Below are positions 54,046 through 64,000 of a stretch of DNA of 64,000 nt, piece by piece. Position numbers and translations under genes: made by a program. Positions within the stretch are counted from its first letter, which is position 1; each line of letters starts with the position of its first letter. Origin of the DNA: Eledone cirrhosa (Eukaryota); contig OZ024742.1 of assembly GCA_964016885.1 (NCBI GenBank), positions 284,580,001 to 284,644,000 of the forward strand, given 5' to 3'. The notes beneath the pieces were generated by a model, which worked only from the letters and a program-made list of their open reading frames with translations, was not told the DNA's origin and ran no database searches.

Positions 54046-54718
54046 TTTGTTAATGATATGTTGGTGAGAGGCGAGGTGCGAGGGGCGGGAGAGAGAGAGA
54101 AAGAGAAGCGAGGCAACCTGGAATTCTTGGTGAAGGCCACACATGTTGAAAACATCCCTAACCTCCTCAACATTAATAACATCAGTAACATCAGTAAGTT
54201 CGTTGGTTGGTTTAGAAGAGGGAAGAAGGAATGTGTTGTTGTTGTTGTTGTTGATGTTGTTGATGTTTGCTATATACTAAATCTCAAGCCTAGCAGAGAT
54301 GAGGAGGGGAGGGATGATGGTGGATTACGGGAGCTGTGGGGGGTGGGGAACAGGAGAGACCAAAAGATGGAGTGATTAGTGAATATATATATATTGGGAG
54401 AGAGAGAAGAGAGAAAGAGAGATAGAGAAGAAAGAGATTGATAAAGAGATGGTTAAATAGATAGATAGATAGATAGATATGTTTCTTTATTAGCCACAGG
54501 GGCACAAAAGAAGGGGACAAATACAAAGCGGGAAGTTTACATACAATAAAAACGTGTAAAATATTATCACAAATGCAATTTAAAAATTAGTCGATTTTCC
54601 CCAATAGGGGAGACAGTTCATAGGGTAACAACACATACCCCCGAAAAAATGTGCAACCCTCATCTCCAGGAGTACGGAGAGTTTGTACTCCTTTCCTCTC
54701 CTCCTCCTTTTCCTCAAC

Positions 54719-57700
54719 CTACAGGCTGATATAGAGAGAAGGCCCATTCACTCGGGCCATTCTCGCCACTTTCACCCACCTTTCATAAAACTTGCTGGGG
54801 TACAGCACCTCTCTCTCCATCCTGATTCTTCTTCCAAAGTGGTATTTGAGTGAAAAAAAGAATCAGTTGTTGGCCGGAGAGAAAGGTGTCTGACCTCAGC
54901 CCTTTCAACCTTGTCCACCATACAACCTCTTTCGCCATAGCTATCACACAAAGGAAAACCGCCTCTCCTTCGTTTTTGAAGGAGGGTGGCGGTTTGATCA
55001 TGACAATGGACTCGATGGTCAACCGGATTGGTCCCACCCGCGACAATAGTCGTTCTACATAGCGCCACAGGTCGGGCAGTGTATGAATGCGTGCGCGACG
55101 GTTTCTTCGTCTCGCACGCACCTCGGACAGATCTTTTTTGCAGGGTCCCTGCCCGGGCGCCCATGTCTGTAGAGCTTGTCTCGAACTGGTAGAGGTCCTC
55201 GGTAGCGCTGCCAGGCTAGGGACTTTTGGAAGTTGTCCATCGGTCCCGGGCGGAAGGTCCTACCGAACAGACTGGCCAGTTCATCTTCCTCTACGCCTAG
55301 AGTTTCACCGAGCGCGTTGTCGCACTTGCTGCGGATCATCCCTCTGTAGAATGACGTAGTGGAGTCTCCACTGATCGCCGGGTCCGCCTGCCAGAGGGCT
55401 GTGAGCGCCTGAGCACATTCGATGTGCCAGTCGCCCATTTTCCTCGGTCTTTGCTTGACCCAGGACTGCAGCTCGGTCAGCGAGATGAGTCGTGGGAAGG
55501 CTCGCCTCACGAACGGGGCCCACACCGGTTGTCCGCTGAGGAATACGTAGATATGCCGCAGCCTGAGCACGTGTTTGCGCATTTTCAGCCACGGCATCCC
55601 CCAGCCCTCCGTTGGAAGGGTGTTGGCAGCAGATGGATCTTCTCACCAAAGGAGCCCGCCTCTTCCAAAGGAATTGGAAGAGCGCGCGCTCCATTTTGGT
55701 GAGCGTTTTGGCTGAGCAAGGCACGACGGTCAAGCGGTAGTAGATGGCGGACGCTATAAAAGTGTTCGCCACCTCCGGCCGACCTTTCAAGGATAGTTTT
55801 CACTCTGCCCACTTCTGGGTGAGTGCAAACACCTTGGCCGTCACCTCGTTCCAGTTCTTCTCCACCTGGAGGTCCGGACCAAACCAGACCCCGAGCAGCT
55901 TTACCGGTCCTTCCGTCCAGCATCCGACGACGCCATCGGAAGGAATCGGTTTTCCTCTCCACGATCCGAGTTGCAAACCGATGGACTTGTCCCAGTTCAG
56001 CTTCGCTCCTGTGAAACTTTCGTATTCCTTCAGTAAGGTGCCGACTTCCTCAATTTGCGAGGCGCTCGACACCATTACTGTCACGTCGTCGGCGTAGGCC
56101 GACGCCGCTTTCCGCAGTCCCGGTTCCAGAGGGATGCCCTGCAATAGCTCCAACTTCCGCAGTAGTGGCTCGCGCGTCAGTACGTACAGAAGGGAGGAGA
56201 GAGGGCATCCCTGTCGAATGGATCGCGTGATATGGAACGACTCCGAGAGGTAGCCGTTCACCTTGACCCTTGAGCAGATGTTGCTGTTGTGCATTGCAGC
56301 AATCCAGCCCCTGGACACGGGTCTGAAGCCTGCCGCCTCGAGCACCACATCCAGGTAACGATGGTCAACCCTATCGAAAGCCTTAGACTGATCCAAGTTG
56401 ATCAGGGCCCTACCGAAGCCAGGTTTACACCCTACCCTCTCTATGATGTATCGCACGAGGTGGAGGTTGTCCTGTATGGACCTGGTCGGGATTGCGCATG
56501 TCTGCGCTTCTCCCACCAGGTTCTCGACGACAAGCGCCAGCCTCTTTGCCAACACCTTGGCCAAAATCTGTAACTCTGTGTTTAGCAGAGTTATGGGCCG
56601 GAAGTTGCCTATGTCATCCCCCTTATTCTCGTCCTTCCTGACTAGTGTGACTACGCCCCCGGTCACAGAACTGGGAATATTCCCGTTCTGTTGCCAGTTG
56701 CAGTAGACCGCTTCCAGGAGACCGGAGAATAAGTTCGGCATTGCTACGTAAAATTCGTAGGGTAGACCGTCGAGACCTGGAGATTTGCGTTTGCCGCATT
56801 GGCTCAGTGCGTCCCCTATCTCAGCGTCTGAAATCGGCTTTTCGCAGAACTTTGTCTCGCTGTCCGAGAGTCGCGGTAGGCCGTCGAGGTATGGACCGAA
56901 ATCCATAGACCCTCCCGGCGCGCCGCCCTGCCCGAACAGTTGAGCAAAGTGCCGCTGAAAGGCCGCACACATCTGCTTCGGCTCACGTATCACGCGTCCG
57001 TTTTGGTCCTTCAAAGACCGAATCGTGGACTTGTTGCCACTTTTTGCCTCCGTCACTCGGGCCCAGCTAACAGCTTTGGCTCCCTCGTTATCCAGAGCAC
57101 GTATTTTGCTTCTGACAACGCAGCCCTCGTGCTTTGCGTCAAAGAACTGGTCCAAGGCCGTTCTCGTTGCTAGCACACTAGCTACGTTGCCACTTCTAAT
57201 TGCCTCTTCTACTTTATCTACCAGTTCCTTCTCGGTTCTATTTCTATCTAACGCTAATTCTTTACTAAAAACTAACGAGTCTAATCTAACTGCCCTCTTG
57301 AGAGAGTACCACCATCTGTTGTTGACAATAGCCCCTATCAAGTGCTGTTTAACTAAAGTGCTAATCCATCTACTGTAGGCTTTGCATGTCGTTAACGACA
57401 AGTTCAGCTTCCAGTAGCCGGGTCCTTGTCTATGGGTTCTATCAAGGTTGGCCATGCAGGTCACTAGTTTGTGATCTGAATAGGCAACCATGAACATTTG
57501 TGGACAGCTTAACATGTCCCTATCCTTATTTCTAACTAGAACCCTATCTAGGTACGATCTAGATGTTCCGCTACGATTACTCCACGTCCACAGTGGCGCA
57601 GTCGGAAAATCTAGTCGATATCTATCGGTCGATTGACTGTTTGAGGCTGTTACACCCCCCTTTATCGGAACATGCTCCCACATAGTCCCAACGTGCATCT

Positions 57701-58136
57701 AGGATTCCATCCCAGTCCCCCACTAAAAGCAAGGAGCGGGACGTTCCCAGAAAAGTCTCTAGACGTTTGAAGAAGTCTGGCCGCGGTGTCCCGGATGGGG
57801 CATATGCAGCCACCAGCCTGAAGCTCCACCTTCACTACCGTCAACGTCTAGGACCACCAGTCGACCCTCCGGGTCCAGATGTACCGTCTGTGTTACGAGG
57901 CCCAGGTGTTTTCGCAGCAAAACGGCAACCCCGCCCCCATACCCCGGCCGACAGAGAGATGCGTAGATCTCAAAATCATCGAAGATGGGGGCTAGCTGTC
58001 GCTCGCTGTGGATCCTGGACTCGCAAATGGCTACTACATCCATACTGTGCGACCTGAGGTCGTCTAAGAGTTTGCCCTGTTTCTAGGGCATCCCCAGGCC
58101 GCGTACGTTCACACATCCAACTCTTATATTGGCCAG
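54719..58136 (-). pseudogene. Tx1 lineage B ORF2 (EN-RT-zinc finger) with several frameshifts
   Basis: Pieces 57759-58043, 57622-57813, 55800-57698, 55305-55790, 55055-55597 and 54783-55121 tile the EN (ICES, VGDW, SYLDRV, YSDH), RT (YADD) and CPRC regions. The expected start position reads CTG. Confidence 0.9.
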
Positions 58137-58978
58137 GTTGGTGCTGAAAAGTTAAAAGAGGAAAATAAATCACTCACCCTTCGTTTCCTGGGGACCAGGC
58201 TGCACGATTTCCATGGGGGTGTTGGAGGGGTTGTCTGGATGGGTGGTGGTTTCCGGCGGGTGGGGACGGAGATGTTTGGTGGGGTGGGGTCTGGTGGGAT
58301 GGGGGTGTCTGGGGAGGGGAGACATTTGAGAAGGACGCGGTTAAATGGTTTCACGCAGGAATTCCCCACATCCTTTTCAAATGTTTCTTTTAGGGACCTA
58401 TAAGGGACCCTAATCAGTTTTAGGTTCAGTTTTTTGTTATTTTTAATAGAGTGGGCGAAAGTTTTGCCAACATCTGTTCAAGGGTCAAGGTGAACGGCTA
58501 CCTCTCGGAGCCGTTCCATATTACGCGATCCATTCGACAGGGATGCCCTCTCTCCTCCCTTCTGTACGTACTGACTCTCGAGCCACTACTGCGGAAGCGT
58601 AGTGGCTCGTTCGTGATGGTCTCCATTAGTGTTTTGTTTTCAGTGTTTATGTAAGTGTAAGTGTAATTTTCTTGTGTTGTGTTTGATTTTGTCTGTAGTT
58701 CTTGTGTGTGCTTTCGTTTTGTTGTAGATATTTTGTTTTCAGGAGGTGGGGGTTTTGTTTGTGATATTTTTGTTGTTTGTGTTGGTGGTTGTATGTTTGT
58801 GGTAGTGTTTGCTGGTTTTTTGCTTTTGTGATGTCTTTTCTTTCTTTTCGAGCGATGGGGTTCTCCCTCGTCTTCACTGGGTGATGGAGAGATAGCCTCA
58901 TCTGTTGTATCGTCTGTGTGATTGGGGAGGGGTATGTCTTGGGGAGCTGTTGTGTCTGTATGTGATTTTGCAGTGGTT

Positions 58979-60184
58979 TTAGGTGGAGTGGGGTTGGGTG
59001 GGACTGTGTTTGTTGTGGTTATTTTTGTGTGTTGGTGTTGTTGTTGCTGTGGTGGTGTTGGTGGTTGTGTTGTTTTGATGGGTGTCGGCAGAAGAGCCTT
59101 TTTTTTGGTTCATTAGTTTAGGACAGGAAGCCCTCAGGTGACCCCTGCTAAAGCAATGGTAACATGAAGGCCGCCTACCCTCAACCGAAAGGTTTATGTA
59201 GGTGAGTCCGTCCAGGAGTACACGCTGTGGGATCATAGCTATTCGCTCTGGGCTCATTTGCACCAGAACTTCAATGCTAGTCCCATTGAATACATCTCTG
59301 GGGGACTTTCCTACTGACAGTATTCTGTCTTCATCAAAATTGATGAAGCCGCACAGTATCCACCATATGTTCACCTTTGGTGTGACACTTGTGATTCTGA
59401 TCTTTTGTGTCCTTTTTCCCATGTATGTAGGGAAAAAGGTGTACAGGTTGGATACAATTGGCGACACAGAGTAATTTTGGGCCGTCAATTGATCCTTCAT
59501 GAGTACCGAAATACTCCCAAAAAGTTTGCTTCTTTGAATGAATGCAATATCATTCATTGAATTTTTGAAAACCAGTTCAATTGCTTTCTGTGACAATTGG
59601 ACTGGTTTTCGGGTAGAATTGGAAACTGTCCTAAAAACTATCGTTTTGAGAGCAGTTTCCTTGCGAATTTCTACCGGAGAATTGATGCTGAAAGCACCAT
59701 TTTTATCGAAAGTGACATATCTCTTAGCGTCCTTTAAAAGTTGTTCAGCATTTGTTATGTTGAGATATATCAATTCTTTCTTTTGAACTTTCTCTGCAAA
59801 GGAGATTTTTGGTTTCTTTGTGGAATCCGTATTGGTGGTGTTGTCATTATTGTTGTTATTCTTGTTGTTATTCTTGTTGTCACCGATGTTGGTATCATCC
59901 GTATTTTCCTTGGTGTTGTTGTTGTCTTTGATGCTGGTGTTGTCTTTATTTTTTTCTTTGTTGTTGTTATCATTGTTGCTTTTATCATCATTATTGGTTT
60001 TGCTGTTATTTTTGTTGTCATTGAACTGTTTGGTGTCATTTGTGTTGTTTGGATATGAATTCGTTTTTTTATTTTCATTTTGTCTTTCCATCTCTATAGT
60101 ATCTAGTGAAGAAGACGTTGTTGACTGCGAGCTTTGTAGTCTTACCGCCTCTCCACCACCATTATCGTTGGACGCAGCGTTCAT
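58979..60184 (-). CDS. Tx1 lineage B ORF1, N-terminal 401 aa (continues frameshifted toward ~58150)
   Basis: Asn/Asp/Lys-rich N-terminus and the knuckle CYHCFSRGHLRASC. Blocks ISFA, FRTVS, FPTYMG and SVEGRRP align with lineage A ORF1. Confidence 0.85.
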   Translation of the reverse strand: MNAASNDNGGGEAVRLQSSQSTTSSSLDTIEMERQNENKKTNSYPNNTNDTKQFNDNKNNSKTNNDDKSNNDNNNKEKNKDNTSIKDNNNTKENTDDTNIGDNKNNNKNNNNNDNTTNTDSTKKPKISFAEKVQKKELIYLNITNAEQLLKDAKRYVTFDKNGAFSINSPVEIRKETALKTIVFRTVSNSTRKPVQLSQKAIELVFKNSMNDIAFIQRSKLFGSISVLMKDQLTAQNYSVSPIVSNLYTFFPTYMGKRTQKIRITSVTPKVNIWWILCGFINFDEDRILSVGKSPRDVFNGTSIEVLVQMSPERIAMIPQRVLLDGLTYINLSVEGRRPSCYHCFSRGHLRASCPKLMNQKKGSSADTHQNNTTTNTTTATTTPTHKNNHNKHSPTQPHST

Positions 60185-60402
60185 AACGTAATCAAAATTT
60201 TACAATATTTTTTTCCAAGATTCGATGGAGAAAAATTTTTTAAATGGATATTCCGCCCCTGTAGGGGCGAAAATGAGTTGACCCACCACCTGAAGGTCCA
60301 GACGGGTGGTCAAGTTACACAATGATATAAAATTTAACTAAAAACTCACGTTTTTTTCTTACATAAATTAACGGAAACTTCTCCGCGAAGTGACACACGT
60401 CT

Positions 60403-62959
60403 GATAGAGAGATAGATAGATTTCTTTATTAGCCACAAGGGCGCAACAAGAAAGGGGACAATACAAAGACATGCCGGGGATTTTACATACAGTCGTGTAA
60501 AAAATATAAAAACAAACAATTTCAACAATCGAAATCCCCAATAGCGGGGAGGCGCCACAAATGGGTTGTTTAATACCCCGTCGATAGAACAACCCTCAAC
60601 TCAAGGAGCGTGTTGTGCAAGTGCTCCTTTCTTCCTTTTGCTCTCTTCCTCAACCTACAGGCTTATAAACAGAGAAGGCCCAATCACTCGGGCCATTTTC
60701 GCTTCATTCACCCACCTTTCAGTAAATTTACTGGGGTGCAGTGCCTCTCTCTCCACCCTGATTCTCCTTCTAAAGTGATACTTAAAGAATGGAATCAATT
60801 GTTGTCCGGAGAGAAAGGCATCTGTCCTCAGTCCTCTCAACCTCGTCCACCATATAACTTCTTTCACCATAGCCACCGTACAGAGGAAAACCGCCTCTCT
60901 TTCGTTTTTGAAAGAGTCTGGCGGTTTGATCCTTACTATGGACTCGGCAGTCAACTGTATTTGTCCCATATGCGACAGCAGTTGTTCTGCATAGTTCCAC
61001 AGGTCGCTTACGCCCGGGCAGTGTACAATTGCGTGCAGAACTGTTTCAATGTCCTGCGCACATCTTGGACACGTCCTCTTGGAAGGATCCCTGCCAGGGC
61101 GTCCGTGCCTGTAGATCTTGTCACGAACCGGTAGAGCTCCTCGGTAGCACTGCCAGGCCAGGGACCTCTGGAAGTTGTCCATAGGTCCCGGGCGGAAAGT
61201 CCTACCAAACATACTGGTGAGCTCATCGTCTTCGACGCCCAGAGTCTCTCCGAGCACGTCGTCGCCCTTGTAACGTACAATCCCTCTATAGAATGTCGAA
61301 GTGGAGTCTCCACTGATTGCTGCGCCCGCTTGCCAGAGGACTGTGAGCGCCTGAGCGCATTCAATGTGCCAGGCGCCCATCGTTTTCGGTCTTTTCTTCA
61401 CCCAGGACTGCAGCTCCGTTAGCGAGACGAGCTGTGGGAAAGCCTGTCTCACAAACGGTGCCCACACCGGTTGGGGGTCGGTGAGGAATACCTGGAGATG
61501 CCGCAGCCTCAGCGCATGTTTGCGCATCATCAGCCACGGCATTCCCAGCCCTCCGTTGGAAGGGTGCTGACAGCAGACGGATCTCCTCACCAGCGGAGCC
61601 TGCTTCTTCCACAGAAACTGGAAGAGCATGCGTTCCATCTTGGCGAGGTGTTCACGGGGACAAGGCACGACAGTCAAGCGGTAGTAGATGACGGACGCTA
61701 TGAAAGTGTTCGCCACCTCCGCTCGACCTTTCAAGGACAGTTTGCACTCTGCCCACTTCTGAGTGAGTGCAAACACCTTGGCCGTGACCTCGTTCCAGTT
61801 TTTCTCCACCTGGAGGTCTGGACCGAACCAGACCCCGAGCAATTTCACCGGTCCGTCCGTCCAGCGTCCAACGACGCTGTCGGATGTCATCGGTTTGCCT
61901 CTCCACGTACCGAGTTGCAAACCGACAGACTTGTCTGGGTTTAGTTTTGCTCCCGTCAGCGTTTCGTATTCTTTCAGTATGTTGCCGATCACCCCGATTT
62001 CCGAGGTGCTCGACACCATTACTGTCACGTCGTCGGCATAAGCCGACGCCGCTTTGCGCAGTCCCGGTTCTAGGGGGATGCCCTGCAACAGCTCCAATTT
62101 CCGCAGTAGTGGCTCTAGAGTCAATATGTACAGAATGGAGGAGAGAGGGCATCCCTGTCGAATGGAACGCGTGATTGCGAACGGCTCCGATAGGTAGCCG
62201 TTCACCTTGACCCTCGAGCAGATGCTGGTGTGCATCGCCTCGATCCATCCTCTGAACACGGGACCGAAACCGGCCGCCTTGAGAACCGCTTCCAAGTATC
62301 GATGGTCGACCCTATCGAATGCCTTAGACTGATCCAAGTTGATCAGAGCCCCACCGAAGCCGGGTTTACTACCCACCCTCTCTATGATGTATCGCATGAG
62401 GTGGAGGTTGTCGTGTATGGACCTGGTCGGGATTGCACACGTTTGCGCTTTCCCTACCAGGTTCTCGACGACAAGCGCTAACCTCGTCGCTAGCACCTTG
62501 GCCAAAATCTTTAACTCTGTGTTGAGCAGAGTTATGGGCCTGAAGTTGTTAATTTCGTCCCCCTTGTTCTCGTCTTTCCTGATCAGCGTTACTACGCCCT
62601 TGCCTGCAGAACTGGGAATTCTCCCGTTCTGCTGCCAATTGCAGTAGACGGCTTCGAGGACGCCAGAGAACAAGTCCGGCATGCCTATGTAAAATTCGTA
62701 GGGTAGACCATCTAGACCGGGTGACTTGCGTTTCCCGCAGCGACCCAGAGCGTCCCGTATCTCAGTGTCCGTGATCGGTCTTTCGCAGAACTCGGCGTCC
62801 GTGTTCGAGAGACGCGGCAGGCCGTCGAGGTATGAACTAAAGTCCATTGCCCCGTTTGGCTCACCGTCGTTCTGCTCAAACAGTCGCGCAAAGTGCCGCT
62901 GAAAGGCCGCGCACATTTGCTTGGGGTCAAGTAGCACGCGTCCGTTTTGGTCTTTCAAA
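60403..62959 (-). mobile_element. 5'-truncated Tx1 lineage B copy with an uninterrupted 767-aa RT/zinc-finger frame (60655-62958)
   Basis: Complete RT motifs without stops. The 3' end is GCGCCCTTGTGGCTAATAAAGAAATC(TATC)n, and the 5' break abuts GATA repeats. Confidence 0.93.
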
Positions 62960-63260
62960 GAGAGATAGATAGATATATTTCTTTATTAGCCACAGGGGCA
63001 CAAAAGAAGGGGACAAATACAAAGGGGGAAGTTTACATACAATAAAAACGTGTAAAATGTTATCACAGATGGAATTTAAAAGTTAGTCGATTTTCCCCAA
63101 TAGAGGGAGACAGTTTATATGGGTAACACAGACCCCCGAAAAAAATGTGCAACCCTCATCTCCAGGAGTACGAAGAGCTTGTACTCCTTTCCTCTCCTCC
63201 TCCTTTTCCTCAACCTACAGGCTGATATAGAGAGAAGGCCCATTCACTCGGGCCATTCTC
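62960..63260 (-). mobile_element. Short 5'-truncated Tx1 lineage B copy (3' UTR + last ORF2 codons)
   Basis: Nearly identical to 54480-54765; GATA repeats on both sides. Confidence 0.9.
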
Positions 63261-64000
63261 GAGATAGATAGATAGATAGATATATTTCTTTATTTACCAT
63301 AAAGGCATAAAAAGAAGGGACAAATACAAAGGGGGAGTTTACATACAATCGAGTAAAAAGGGTGTAACATGAAAATAATCGAAAATAACCTCAAAAGGGA
63401 GGGAACGTGATGGGGGTTGCACCCCCCCCCCTCCCGAAAAAGTGTGCAATGCTTTGCCCGGGGAGCACATGGAGAAGGTGCTCCCCTCTCCTTTACTTCT
63501 TTACCTACAGGATGGTATACAGAGAAGGCCCATTTACACGAGCCATTCTCGACACTATCACCCACCTTTCATAAAACTGCCTGTGGCCAAGCACCTCTCT
63601 CTCCATTCTTATCCTTCTTCCGAAGTGATATCGGAAGAAGTAGACCAGACTATGGCCAGAGAGGAAGTTGCCTGACCTCAGACCTTTCAATCGTGTCCAC
63701 CAAACAACCTCTTTCAACATGGCTATTACGCACAGAAAAACCGCCTTTGCTTCCTTTGTGAAGAGGGGAGGCGGTTTAATTGTCATCACGGACTCGGCGG
63801 TCAATTGAATCGGCGCCACCCGCGACAGCAGTCGTTCGGCGTAGCCCCACAGATCAGCCACGCCCGGACATTGCACCAATGCGTGCGCAACGGTTTCTTC
63901 GTGACGCACGCATCTAGGGCAAATCTTTTTTGAGGGATCCCTGCCCGGGCGCCCGTGTCTGTAGAGCCTCTCTCGAACGGGTAGAGCCCCTCGGTAGCAC
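63261..64000 (-). mobile_element. 3' part of a further Tx1 lineage B subfamily copy, running off the window
   Basis: ORF 63505-63909 (ETVAHALVQC...WWTRLKG...VNGPSL), a distinct 3' UTR and a (TATC)n tail at 63261-63284. Confidence 0.9.

Larger units (their letters stand above)
54457..60402 (-). mobile_element. Full-length Tx1 element, (TATC)n-associated lineage B
   Basis: GATA repeats at both ends (54457-54480 and 60403-60420). ORF1 starts at 60184, ORF2 spans 58136-54719, and the 3' end is CCCTGTGGCTAATAAAGAAA + (TATC)n. Confidence 0.93.

Overview
AT-rich, microsatellite-saturated eukaryotic (animal) DNA with no recognisable host protein-coding gene. The SINE and RTE repertoire resembles what I know from octopod cephalopod genomes (inference, not verified). 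All real coding signal belongs to transposons. (1) About ten Tx1/L1-clade LINE copies fall into two related lineages, one flanked and tailed by (ATT)n and one by (TATC)n; the latter forms a head-to-tail array from 54.5 kb to the window end. (2) Two R4/Dong-like restriction-like-endonuclease LINE families are embedded in (CATA)n. (3) Also present: an RTE remnant, a Helitron nested in a hAT MITE nested in a SINE, several small MITEs and many tRNA-derived SINEs. The main unannotated signals are microsatellite-targeting retroelements whose tails regenerate their own target, several minimal type-I hammerhead ribozyme folds (some inside long palindromes), fold-back and tail-out insertion structures, structured Tx1 5' UTRs, and a SINE 3' end resembling the Tx1 3' end. 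Coordinates were read by eye and may be off by a few bases; no database searches were run.
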